The notes below the pieces were generated by a model that was given only the letters and a program-made list of their open reading frames with translations, searched no databases and was not told where the DNA came from. A stretch of 64,000 bases of DNA, from assembly GCA_964016885.1 (NCBI GenBank), contig OZ024748.1, positions 55,614,001 to 55,678,000 of the forward strand, written 5' to 3'. Position 1 is the first letter of the stretch. Every line of letters begins with the position of its first letter. This DNA comes from Eledone cirrhosa. Lineage: Eukaryota. The translations under genes and the position numbers were made by a program. Shown here piece after piece: positions 31,900 to 45,678 of the stretch.

Positions 31900-32127
31900 A
31901 CTTTCTCTCTTTCTTTCTTCCGCTTTCTCTCCCTCTTTCTCTCTCTCTTTCTCTCTGTCTTTCTCTCTCTCTTTCTCTCTGTCTTTCTCTCTCTCTTTCT
32001 CTCTGTCTTTCTCTCTCTCTCTATATATATCTCTCTCTTTCTCTTTTTCTTTCTCTCTTTCTCCTATCCTTTCTCTCTCGTTCTCTTTCTCTCTCTCGTT
32101 CTCTTTCTATTTCTCTCTCTCTCTATG

Positions 32128-32180
<53 letters not shown>
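31900..32180. repeat. (CT)n microsatellite
   Basis: Direct reading. Confidence 0.9.
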
Positions 32181-32182
<2 letters not shown>

Positions 32183-32715
32183 AGTGTGGAGAGAGACATA
32201 TGTTTCCTTTTCAGTCCCCGTCATATGTAGTCGATTAACTGTGATAGATATAGATATTAGCTATTTAGATGAATATAATACAAAAATGAAGTTACGTTTC
32301 TATTAAAAATAGATTAATATGACTGCAGTTTTGTTTGTGAAGTACTAATTATAGCAAATTACGGGTGTGCTGTAAATGATTTGAAACAGAACAGAATGTT
32401 TAACAGGAATTTTTCTGTTGAGTGATTAGCTACTGGAAGTTGCTAACACCCGCTGATATATCTGGTATATATTTTGTCTTTAAACCTGAATACAGATGTG
32501 GCTTGTTTGAAATTAAGCCCCAAGGGATGGTTTAGTTGGTGTGATAGATAACGATAAACGTAAATACAGACCCACAAAGACACACACAGAGAACAAGATT
32601 ATATATGTATATAAAAGAGTGGAAGAAAGAGGCTGGAAGATGGAATAAGAAGGGACACATGTACATACACAGAGAACACGATTACATACGTATATATATA
32701 TTTTATATATATATA

Positions 32716-32759
<44 letters not shown>

Positions 32760-32982
32760 AAGTAACTGTGTAGTGAGAACGTGAAACTTGAAATAACTTC
32801 AGATAAATTCAAGCAACTTTCTTTCTTTCTCTGAGAGAGAGAGTGAGAGAGAGAGTGAGTGTGTGTGTGAATTTATATATTTATATGTATGTACATATAT
32901 ACGTACGTTTCATCCTTAAAATATCTGTATGGATGTGTGTATATATATATATAATATATATATATAATGTTCTTTTTTTTAA

Positions 32983-33172
32983 ATAGAGAAATTACTTCTA
33001 CAGGACTATAACTGTTTCATTCGAAGGAAATCCTCGGGACTTTTCTGATGATTTCCTTCGAATTAAACAATTTTAGTCATGTAGAAGCCATTTCTATGTT
33101 AAAAATGTATACTCTGTTATGTATTGAGTACCTTACTTACTGTGGTTACCCCCGATTGAACCTGGGATACAC
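32983..33172 (+). mobile_element. Family P4 copy with fold-back inversion; hammerhead remnants on both arms
   Basis: ctgatgatttccttcgaat(t)aaacaattttagtcatgtagaag at 33045, with an inverted copy at 32993-33038. Other fragments at about 30303-30390 and 54945-54980. Confidence 0.7.
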
Positions 33173-33244
33173 ACGAATATATATATATATATATATATAC
33201 AATGATATTAAATAAATGGAAACTATATTTATAAAACCATATTT

Positions 33245-33305
33245 ATTCTATTATATATATTTCAAGGGTACCAAGATACATTGGTACGCTTTCATCAAAT
33301 AAAAT
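33245..33305 (-). ncRNA. Hammerhead fold of family P2 with C3U core change (likely inactive)
   Basis: AUUUUAU-UUGAUGA-aagcGUACCAauguaucuUGGUACccuu-GAAA-uauau-AUA-AUAGAAU. Confidence 0.6.
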
Positions 33306-33645
33306 ACAAAGTTTGTTTTATAAATAGACACATACCCATGAAAATCATACCTTATCAGTTGGAAATCCACTGAACTATCCAGTGAATTTCCAACCGATAA
33401 GGTATGATTTATAAAACAAACTATTTATAAAACAAACTTTGTTATACCTACACATGTGCTTTGTAAAAGCACATGTGTAGGTATAACTTTTATCATACAC
33501 TTCAGCTGCTAGCGCCTTTCTCATAATGTGTCTTAATTACCAGTGCGAGCGATAATTATAGGCAAAAGTATATTAATTTCAGACTAACACTATGTTCAAA
33601 TTGGTAGATATATCCACCCAAACACGTTTTACGTGTCGCTGAGTG

Positions 33646-33710
33646 ATGATAAACACGCTTTCTGATGAGGATCCAATTAGAGCTGAAACTCTCTTTGAGC
33701 TGTTTATCAT
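33646..33710 (+). ncRNA. Degenerate hammerhead candidate
   Basis: AUGAUAAACA-c-GCUUU-CUGAUGA-ggauccaauuagagcu-GAAAC...GAGC-UGUUUAUCAU. Long stem I; stems II and III imperfect. Confidence 0.45.
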
Positions 33711-33910
33711 TTTCTAAAGTTACAGGGAAATTCGTAATTTCACAACTGCAAATTTGGTATGGGTATACCCACTTTGTGCTTATGCAAGTATAACTTTATC
33801 ATGTACTTCGGCTGTTAGTGCACCGCTTAATATATGTATGGACATATGTACGCAAATGTATATATATATATGCATGTGTATGTATCTCTCTCTCTCTGTA
33901 TATACATATG

Positions 33911-33944
<34 letters not shown>

Positions 33945-35119
33945 CACGGCAAAGAGAGACGAACACAGATATATGACTATATGCGTTCAAATCATTACGG
34001 ACAGTAACCGCCAGGTTGAAGAAAATAATGACTAAAAATAGTACGGTTCACAGAACTCAATTAAAATGAGATATACGAACCTACTATGCTAACTATCAAA
34101 CATCCAGGCAGAATGGATGAGATTAAACTAGATTTTCCTCCACATTTTTCAACGTTATACTTCTTTTAATCGTTAAAATGCCTTTTGCTTTTTCAGAAAA
34201 TAGTCTGCTCAGAGGGAGATTTAGCTTTCATTTCTAGTAGATTGATTGGTCAGGTAGGAGCTCTCTTTCTCCCAGGTCTTCCTCTGATCAAGTAGACTGA
34301 TAATAAAATGCATTGCATTGTCGTAGCTTTAGCTTAAGACAGGCATTGTCTTAATGGAAAAAATAAAAATAACTGAGCACATTTAATTAAAATCAAAACA
34401 GGAGAAAATGTGTTGATGTTTTTCCTCTGTGCATTAACAATTGTGTGATTTTTCAACTTGGAATGGGATTTCAGTATTTGTTGCTACTTCTTCCTATTTG
34501 AATATCTACTTGGAAGTCTCCTCTTTGTGCTTAATATTGTATGGTGATGATCGTTTTTGGAGTAATACAAATGAATTGAATTAGCAGACAATATAAACCA
34601 GGTCGAGGTTTAGCGTCCTCGGGGATTAACACACATTGCTCGGCTCTCAACACACAAATGTGTGACTAAAAATATACTTTCTCTTCCAGCCTTGTCTTGG
34701 CAAAAACATGTCTACACCCCCTCCCTACTTAAGGCAGACAGACAATCACAGACGCCTGTGCTTACATCGAAATCGTTCATCATTTCAAATATGTGAGTGT
34801 TTGTTTGTATGTGCGTGTGTGTGTGTGAATGATTGTATGCTTCATGACGACGTGTATGTATATCTGTATGTAGGCGCCTACACATACATGTATAGTGTGA
34901 GTGCTTCGTAGCTATTATTTCCATGTTTATTTACATTGCTAAATATCTTGTTTATGGCTGAGAGAAGTTAGTCACAGCGTTATCACTACTGCTTCTTTCT
35001 GTCAAGAGCAACACTGAAATTTTGAGATCTTGGACAGCTGCCTTCAGCCTGGCGTATCAGAGAAACTCTGTTTATCCTTAAACTTCACTGAAAACTTATA
35101 TATTTATATTTAATGTTTC

Positions 35120-35190
35120 TTTCTTATTTCTCTCACTCACTCACTCTCTCTCTGTCTCTCACTGTGTCTCTCTCTGTCGCTCTCTTCGCT

Positions 35191-35226
<36 letters not shown>

Positions 35227-35400
35227 GCCTGTCTTTCTCTCTCTGCCTGTCTTTCTCTCTCTGCCTGTCTCTCTCTCTCTATGCCCGTCTTTCTCTCTCT
35301 CTATGCCCGTCTTTCTCTCTCTCTATGCCCGTCTCTCTCTCTCTCTATGCCCGTCTCTCTCTCTATGCCCGTCTCTCTCTCTTTCTCTCTTTCTCTTTCA

Positions 35401-35435
<35 letters not shown>

Positions 35436-35440
35436 ATGTG
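35120..35440. repeat. (CT)n with ~20-bp higher-order units
   Basis: Direct reading. Confidence 0.85.
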
Positions 35441-35489
35441 CTCTCCTGATTTGTGGCCTCTCCATTATCTGCAAAATATATATATATAT

Positions 35490-35605
35490 AATTGTTTCTA
35501 CTTTTGGCACAAGGCCAGCAATTACCCAGTGCATTACTGATACTTTATTTTATCGACCCAGTAAGGACGAAAGGCAACGTTAACCTCTGCGGGATTTAAA
35601 CTCAA
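35490..35605 (-). mobile_element. SINE family A, 5'-truncated
   Basis: aattgtttctacttttggcacaaggccagc...gggatttaaactca. Confidence 0.85.
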
Positions 35606-35939
35606 TATATGTGTGTGTGTGTGTGTGTGTGTCAATTTATCTATCTGTCTACCTTACTTCCTCACTACCATATCTGTCTATCTACATATATATTCGTGGA
35701 TGTGCTGTCTATTTATATTCCTGTGAACACTTCCGATGCGTTTCTTTCATATCTAATACTAGTATATAAGTTTATGTTCATTAGCAGCTTGTTAAACCTG
35801 ATAAAACTAATCTACAACCAAAAAGATTCTTGCTCTATCTATGCTGACTTTTGAAATAGTGGCGCATTAGTTCGTTTGTTATAATATCTAGGATCAATTT
35901 TTTGAACGGTATTATATATTTGAATCGACTTTAATTATA

Positions 35940-36132
35940 ATTTCTATGATAGGCACAATGCCAGTAATTTTGTGGGAGGGGGAAGTCGATTAAATTGACC
36001 GCAGTACGTAACCGTAAGGATGAAATGCAAAGTTAACCTCGGCGGGATTTGAACTCAGACCGTAAAGGACCGTAACTCTATGCTGCAAAGCATTGTTTTC
36101 GACTCTCTACCGATACTGCCAATCCACCACCC
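35940..36132 (-). mobile_element. SINE family A, long form
   Basis: ggcacaatgccagt...gggatttgaactcag...ctgccaatccaccaccc. Confidence 0.85.
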
Positions 36133-36722
36133 TTGAATCGACTTGGATAATAAAATTATATAATATAACATTTTGTAGTTTGTGTTTAGCTATGCGTGTG
36201 ACTGAAACCGGCCCTCCCTCTCAGTCCCTGGGTGAATTTTTCTTGCATGACACCCGTCCAAAGCTTAAATACTTTGGCGCGCACATTCTTACCAATATAA
36301 CTGGATTGTTTTCTGACTACGCTATTTAGACGTTAAGGTGTTAAGATAGTACAGGTCTATGATAATAGATATGACGAATCTCGTATGACTTGGTATTTAG
36401 TTTAATTATATACCATCAGTCCCAATGGGAAACTAAAAGGCGACTTAATGCTGAAGGAGCAATACTTTGAATGTTAATACAATTGTGTTGTTGACATTAC
36501 ATTATTAAAACCTTTCTGTTTTTCTTCTTTATTTTACTGCATGAAGAAACTCGTACCTCTGGGAACAGAACAGAGAATAAGGAAAGTAAGAGAAAAAATA
36601 GGAATAAAAGAAAGCAAATGAAATATAAATTTGTCATATTTGTGACGGAATTTGTATTATGTATTTGCTACGTATATATGTGTATATATGTATATATATA
36701 TATGTATATGTATATCTGTATG

Positions 36723-36774
<52 letters not shown>

Positions 36775-37061
36775 TAGGTATACATAAATATAAATATAAA
36801 TATATATATATATATACATAGTGTGTGTGGGTTTGTCAGATTGGCTGGGTATGCATGTATATAGATATAGAATTTTATATATATATATACACGCATATAC
36901 ATATATGTATATATATATGTGTGTATATGTATATATATATATGTATATACATATATATATATATATGTGTGTGTCTGTGTATATATATATGTGTGTATAT
37001 ATATATGTGTGTGTATTTATATATATTTGTGTATATATATATATGTGTGTATATCTATATC

Positions 37062-37092
<31 letters not shown>

Positions 37093-37170
37093 ATATGTAT
37101 ATATATAATGTATATATGTATATATATAATGTATATATATATATATATAATGTATATATATATATATATA

Positions 37171-37214
<44 letters not shown>

Positions 37215-37324
37215 ATAATAATAGTAATAATAATAAATTTGAAGACTAAAATCCAAAGAGGGCTCGATAAGGATAAATATATATCAAATATATAAGAATC
37301 GTAGAGCAAATATTTATTAAAATA

Positions 37325-37400
37325 ACAGATTAAAGTTTAAGCAAATAATCGCTGCTTTCACCCTTAACGGGATCTTCTGAAACTAACAAAGTCAATCTGT
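37325..37400 (-). ncRNA. Extended type I hammerhead candidate with non-canonical core CAGAAGA (U4A)
   Basis: ACAGAUUGA-cuuuguu-AGUUU-CAGAAGA-u-CCC-guuaa-GGG-u-GAA-AGCAG-cgauuau-UUGCU-U-AAACU-UUAAUCUGU. All three stems pair, and stem I has an internal bulge. Confidence 0.65.
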
Positions 37401-38285
37401 AAACGCAGAAGTGGATATTTCAAAAAACATTGCAACCGGAGGAAGACAGGAAGACGATACTTTGGTTCGTGGAAACGTTCCCTGGCAAAGAACGGGAAAA
37501 AACGAATATAATACGTCATTAATAGGAGCAGTGAAAAACAATTACGCGCAAATACAGAACCACGTTTATGGTATAAAAGAAGTCGTAGACTAATGTTCTC
37601 TTAGGTGGTTCATAGAGACGTTCTCTGGCAATGAACGGAAAAAAACGAAGATAATACGTCATATGTGGATCGTGGAGAACAATTGCACGCAAAGACAAAA
37701 CCACGCAAATGGTATAGCAGAAGTCGTAGACTAAATTCTAACTAGGAAACCGAATGAATCTCTGCTTCAGAGTTAAGAATAAAGTAAATAAATACAATAC
37801 AGGGGTAATAGAAATTAAATAAATGCATACACACATTCAAATACGTACATACACAAGCATACGCAAAACCCTTGCCATAGGTATACAAAACCACGCACAT
37901 ATAAATATGTGTGTGTGTGCGTGTATACAAATAAATAATTAAATAAACGTATATAAATAAATAAATACGTATATAACAAGCGCACCCACATACCTACATG
38001 TAAATACACAAATGTTCGAAGACGTAAGTCAGCCAAAACATGAAGTACACATATACACACACCCTACAGACGTACGAACCTGCATACACACGCAGACGCA
38101 AAACTCCCGTATACACATAACCAAACCATATGTACCAGAAAATATGAAAAAATGTATACGCCACAACATAATCAATCAAATATACGTATGAGAAAGTATA
38201 CGTACCTTCACAAAACATACAGGTAATATATACTTACCTATGCAAATAAGTAATGGTATAAACAAAACATATACTTAGCTACCAT

Positions 38286-38543
38286 ATGACGTCACTTTCA
38301 GCTTATATCTGGAGTCTAAAAGATAACCACACCCAATTTAAGTTACACTGGGAGATCCTAGCTAGGGCTAGATCGTATAACGGAAATAAAAGACCATGTG
38401 ACCTCTGCGCCGCTGAGGCCCTGGAAATACTCTACGCCACAGACCACATCTCAAACAAAAACTCTGAGGCAATTTCGGCTTGTAAACATAAATTGCACAA
38501 AACTTTCCTGTATTACAGCCCCACATTATACCCTAACGGATAG
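38286..38543 (+). pseudogene. C-terminal half of a Penelope-like GIY-YIG endonuclease
   Basis: TSLSAYIWSLKD...LHWEIL..ARSY....CDLCAAEALEI.......NKNSE.ISACKH matches the T-x-LS-x-YIW-x-LK / W-x-I / C-x-LC-x2-E / N-x3-E-x4-C-x-H pattern of PLE endonuclease C-termini. Confidence 0.85.
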
Positions 38544-38646
38544 TACGATCTATACGTGGATTTTTTACGTCTTGATGTTGTAGCTAAGTATATGTTTTGT
38601 TTATACCATTACTTATTTGCATAGGTAAGTATATATTACCTGTATG

Positions 38647-39927
<1,281 letters not shown>

Positions 39928-41258
39928 TGTTTTTTATATGTAGTAATAATAACATATTTAGCACGTTGCATAAAACATGTTCTAATAAAACATACATATT
40001 TAAAGTTCTGGAGATTTGTTTAATATGGTCATTATCGGAGTGCTGTGCATTCCATTCTAGAAAGGGTGACGTGATGTGATCTTCACCTCGTTCCAGTTTA
40101 ATCCGCTGGCAAAGGCGAGTTGTCATTTTCTTTATGTTATCAGCCTCGTCATATATATTGCGACACTGTGAATCTCCGTCAAAACTACGTTAAACGTATC
40201 TCTGGACTGGCCTTCAGTTACAGATGGTATGGTCGATAGTTTCTAGAACAAGACGTTCTATTGCTTTACTCATGTAGATCTCTTGTCCTCAAGAAAGACG
40301 GTTGTGTAACGCATACAAATTTGGCATGTTAATATATGCATATATTAAGGTTATGTAATTTTTTATAAATATTTAGACAGTCACGGTTAGGTTTCTTTAT
40401 ACATAGATACATCTTCATCATACCCTTCGGTTGTTCAGCATACGTATAATATACAGATAAAAATATGACAGTTTATGTATGTGTACTTATGACCGTGTGT
40501 GTGTATATATATATATAATGTGTGTGTGTGTGTAATGTATGTATATGTATTGAAAATCTTTGGGAGGGTCATGCTGCCAATAAAACGATAGTTACGGGTT
40601 TCACTTCAATTTATTGTTATAATTTCCCAGTTGGGTGGTTTAATAACCGGATTTTTATTTAGTTGTTGATTGTCATGAAAGCTCTTTTGTCACACATTCT
40701 CTGAGTTCAGTAACTACATGTGTTATTTTGTGTCTCTACTTTCTTCTATGCTACGCCATATTGTTTTTTGTGAACTGTGTACTTGGGCTCTGCATGTGTT
40801 ATATACGGATTTGTGAGTATGTGTGTGTCTTAGATAAAAGCTGAAAAAATAAATACATTTTCTAGTGCAGTCATAAATTCCATAATATTTTAAAGGGTGA
40901 TTGTACAAATATATTTAACAATTGCTCATATAACTAAAAATAAACGTGACAATATATAAATTGAGGAATGAAACGAAATAGTGTAAATAAAGATAAGTAA
41001 CATTTAAATATTCTTTTTTTAAAAGAACCATAACTTTATTTTTAAAAAGGCATATATAACTTATTTATTTGTTTGTGTGTTTTTTCACCAGTTTACATAT
41101 CTGTAACATTCATTATTTCTCACATACAAATGTATATCTTCCAGCTTCAGCAGTTTCAGTTCAAAATGTCAAATACTGCTTTAATAAAAGCACACACACA
41201 CACACATATATATACATAGTTTTCTTTAGCTTACACAGAAACACACACACGCACACAC

Positions 41259-41312
<54 letters not shown>

Positions 41313-41441
41313 GTTGTTAAGTCTGTAAATGTATCCGTTCATCCCTGTATATATATATATAAATATCTTCCGAATTCAGAGTAATTTTATTTTTATGTTT
41401 TTATGACTATAATATTACTAGACAGTATCTTATATATATAT

Positions 41442-41498
<57 letters not shown>

Positions 41499-42189
41499 AG
41501 AGAGATACATTGACAGAGAGAGAATTAATAGGTCGTTGTATTGTTTGACTATAGAAAATACTCTAATGATGACTGGGAATATAAGCCCATAGAACGGAAT
41601 AAAATGGGCATAAGTCTTAATTTAGTTTTTAAATCCTATCGGCCTATACGCCCTGTTATCATTAGACTACTATATAGTAAAATAAAAAAAATACGTTGAA
41701 ATTATTCATATATTTAGTATGCTACACCTCTGTCGAGATTCGTCTGGCAATAAAAAAGAGTACCAAACATATCATATCCCATGATAATGCCTACCCTACA
41801 AAAATAATATAAGTTACAAGCTATTTCGGCAGTGATAGAACCCAAGATGTTTTAGAAATTTACTGTTAATTTAAGCAGTAAACCATATTCAATACGTAAT
41901 GTATCAATTATATCGGATAAATTCACAACGTTTTGAGTGTCCCACGCCAGATGTTAAGCAGCTGAAACCCCAACACACGCCCACTGCATGTTAAGAAATA
42001 GTCGTCTAATTATATACTTTTGTCTCTCTGCTACTCCAATTGTTAATTAGATTATAAATGAATTAGTTAATCGACAATTTAATTAAGTATCCAGCAATAA
42101 CCGATCACTCTTAGATGAATGTTAGCAATGCAATTGTTATTTCGTTATTTCATGTCACAGCGTAACTACGTTTAAATCCTGATCAAAGA

Positions 42190-42530
42190 AAATCCATCGT
42201 TCGCCAGAAAAAGGGGAGTAGGTGTAAAACCAAGCTCGCTCTCTTTAATTCACTAATCGTCCCACCTTTTATCTATGGTTGTGAATCTTGGATAATGACC
42301 GGGAGAATACGATCGCGTATACAAGCGGCCAAAATTGAGTTCCTCTGAGGGGTCTTTGTAGTAACGTTACTCGAGAGAGTGCATAGCTCGGAGATGAAAG
42401 AGTCACTCCAGGTACAGCCACTACTTCACCGAATTGAGAGATTACAACTCCGATATTCCGGACTTGGGATTAGAATGTCTCAGGAAAGAATGTCCAACGG
42501 AATATCAAATTCCATAACGTTCGTGTAGAA
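42190..42530 (+). mobile_element. RTE-clade LINE fragment (post-RT region)
   Basis: VPPFIYGCESWIMTGRIRSRIQAAKIEFL*G...ERVHSSEMKESLQVQPLLHRIERLQLRYSGLGIRMSQERM. Confidence 0.85.
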
Positions 42531-43547
42531 AGAGACAAGCATCTGCTCATTTAATCACAGAAACAAGACTACAAATACAAGAACGGAAGATATCAGAATG
42601 TTTTCTAGAGCGACGTTATTAATAGTACTGTCGGCAGTAGTCGCAAACACAGCAATAAGAACCACAATGAGAAGCATACTTAAAAATACGATCTTTTTCA
42701 AGAAAGGATTTCTGCGTTAGAAGCAGAATGTTTGTATGTCGAGTGGTTGATATACTTTTAATATAACAAAAGTGCATCTGTAGACAACTAGATATGTGTC
42801 AAAGATGTATATGTAGCTATAGTTTTCTCTAAAAGAATTCAAGGACGAGATAAATTTCACCAAATAACTGAAGCAGTGAGGGTTTTCATATGGCAAAGGA
42901 ACATATTCCAAAAGACAAGGAAAGATTCTGATATTTAAATGTATATTCCTCACAGTACAGAGAATATTACACATCACATTGACATGAAGAATGCGAAATA
43001 GTAAATGTATGATAAAGAATCACATATGCAATGTTAATTAAATACTTACTGCTAAAGCTACTCTCAAGTTTTAGACACAGATCAGTCCTCAGGATTAAGG
43101 TCATTCCACTCATATCCATCCAAAATTTTGTTGAAACTCGAAGCAACCAGAACTGAATTATCCGAACTAGCCTTCAATTCATAAAACAGTATTTGGGAAT
43201 TTGCCTAATATTTTGCTACTAAATATATCGCATGAAGCTTGTCAAATTAATTTTAGTCTTGCTGTATCAAACGTACTACATTTATAGCCGGGGTAGGGCA
43301 TTTTCACATGTACCTTCTTCGTTTTCGTACGCAATTTTTTTTAAACACTCTGCATTCTTGAGACAATGATTGCATTATATGCAGGATGTGTAGGACACAA
43401 TTAAATACATTGGTTACTATTATGAATAAATGTGAGTGGAAATAGACTGAAGCAGGTGGAGAAGCTTAATAATCTTAGGGACATTTTCACGAGTAATGGA
43501 AGGCAGGTTGCTGAATTAAATCAAGAATTGCTAGAGCTGGTACAATA

Positions 43548-43697
43548 ATTGTTTCTACTTTTGGCACAAGGCCAGCAATTACTCCAGTGCATTACTGGTA
43601 CTTTATTATATCTACCCCACAAGAAAAAGTTAACCTCGGTAGGATTTGAAATTAGAACGTAAAGGGCCATAACTCTATGTTCCTGCCAATACCGCCT
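43548..43697 (-). mobile_element. SINE family A with internal deletions
   Basis: aattgtttctacttttggcacaaggccagc...ctgccaataccgcc. Confidence 0.8.
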
Positions 43698-43739
43698 AGT
43701 ACAATAAGGCGCCTGATTCAGCACTCAGTCATCAGAAAT

Positions 43740-44075
43740 GAAAGTGTGAAATCCAAACTCGGTATTCCTGCCTAAATATGGTCATCTATCTTGGGTATTG
43801 ACCGAATCAATCCGATGGCGATATCAAGCTGCCGAAACTGGGTTCCTACGAAAGGGACTGTAGTAATGTTACTCGGTAGGGCCTTTATCTGGTAGATCAA
43901 GGAGTCGTAGCAGGTGGAGACACTATTTCTCTTTATCGAGAGATCACAGTTCCGTTATTGCGGAAATGTTAAAATGTTGCGGAAAAATGCGGTGGACAGA
44001 TTTTACGGACAAAGGCAACCGGCAGGGGCTCCAGAGTTAGACGGCTAAACCCAGAATCACATGCTGGCAAGGAGA
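43740..44075 (+). mobile_element. RTE-clade LINE fragment (same region as 42.2 kb)
   Basis: YGHLSWVLTESIRWRYQAAETGFLRK...IKES*QVETLFLFIERSQFRYCGNV. Confidence 0.75.
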
Positions 44076-45027
44076 ACACATAGTTCACACATCCAACTAC
44101 TCCTATTTATTCCTATTCATCTATGTTTCTCTCTCTTTGTCTCTCTGTGTAATATATATATAGTGTGTGTGTGTAGAATATCTCCAATAATTTTCAGGAT
44201 ACAAGTAAGTAGCAGCAATAACATTTAATCAGAATCTGATGTGGCTTGTAATGATTACAAGAAATTTATGGCTTCAATGGAATGTAAAATATAGACGAAA
44301 TAAAGGACGGGTGGGCGATGGAAAAGAAGGGGAGGTAAGAAGATTGTTACAGTGCTAAAGTAGACAGTGTGTATATGTATATGTGCATTCACTTATTTGT
44401 ATGTATTTATGTCTCTGTTTATAAAGAAGTTACATTGCGTGAAATATGGATAGATGTGTGATGTTTGTCATATTGAGTATCACACTTATAAGAAACCTAT
44501 TTGTTCTATGAGTTTGCGTGTATAAATGCATGTAGGCAGAAGTTTCTATTGTTTGGGGATGTCTGTGTGTTCCTGCTTAATTGTTGCATATGTATGTGTA
44601 TATACACTTGTCAAGCAGTATTTATAATAAATGTGAATGTATGTGACTGCGCCCGTATTTCTTTCGGGTTTCGGCAAGTATATGAACTGTATTAAAGTAA
44701 ATATACAACAAAACCACATACGTATTTACCAATTCGTATCATTCTCCTGCCGCTACAGAAATTCTTGCATTTAATTATAAGCGATTCGTTACTCAGCACG
44801 TCTCTAGATCGTAGGCTATTAAGCGATAAAAAAAAGAAATTTTTTTTTTTTCGAAAATGGCGATGTTTAGTATTCCAACCTAGGTGCTGAACCAGGTTAT
44901 TTCAATAATGGCTTTGTTAACAATAAATGCGTTTTTTTTAATGAATTAGTCCATAATATGAAATATGAATGCATGAGTTCGTATCATTTGCAAGTCAAAA
45001 ATATAGATTTATATATTATATACATAG

Positions 45028-45167
45028 CAAAGAGTTACGGCCCTTTATGGTATGAGTTCGAATCCCGCCGAGGTTTACTTTACCTTTCACCCTTACGGTG
45101 TCGATAAAATAAAGTACCAGTAATACACTGTTTTAATTGGTGGCCTTGTGCCTAACGTAGAAAAATT
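45028..45167 (+). mobile_element. SINE family A, 5'-truncated
   Basis: gagttcgaatcccgccgagg...gtcgataaaataaagtaccagt...ggccttgtgcc. Confidence 0.85.
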
Positions 45168-45199
45168 ATGTACATAGTGATACATGGCGAAACACACAC

Positions 45200-45437
45200 A
45201 GTCTCTCTCTCTGTCTCTCTCTCTCTCTCTGTCTCTCTCTCTTTGTCTCTCTATCTCTCTCTGTCTCTCTCTGTGTCTCTATCTCTATCTATCTCTCTAT
45301 CTCTATATATCTCTCTCTCGCTCTGGCTCTCTCTCTCTCTCGCTCTTGCTCTCGCTCTCGCGCTCTCTCTCGCTCTCTCTCGCTCGCTCTCTCTCTCGCT
45401 CTCTCACTCGCTCTCTCTCTCTCTCTCGCTCGATCTC

Positions 45438-45469
<32 letters not shown>

Positions 45470-45678
45470 GCTCGCTCGCTCTCTCTCTCGCTCTCTCTCT
45501 CGCTCTCTCTCGCTCGCTCGCTCTCTCTCTCGCTCTCTCTCTCGCTCTCTCTCGCTCGCTCTCTCTCTCACTCTCTCTCTCTCGCTCGCTCTCTCTCTCT
45601 CTCGCTCTCTCACTCTCTTGCTCTCTCACTCTCTCGCTCTCTCTCGCTCTCTCTCTCACTCTCTCTCTCTCGATCTCT
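45200..45678. repeat. (CT)n/(CTCG)n microsatellite
   Basis: Direct reading. Confidence 0.9.

Larger units (their letters stand above)
37215..38648. mobile_element. Penelope-like element (family P1): inverted long 3' region with hammerhead plus GIY-YIG fragment
   Basis: Perfect 69-bp inverted repeat 38214-38282 / 38580-38648 brackets the endonuclease fragment. The minus arm runs to the P1 3' end, and both ends abut (TA)n. Confidence 0.8.

Noticed and set aside
40020-40330. Possible degenerate LINE or exon on the minus strand
   Set aside because: Only vague similarity and in-frame stops; cannot be supported by eye.
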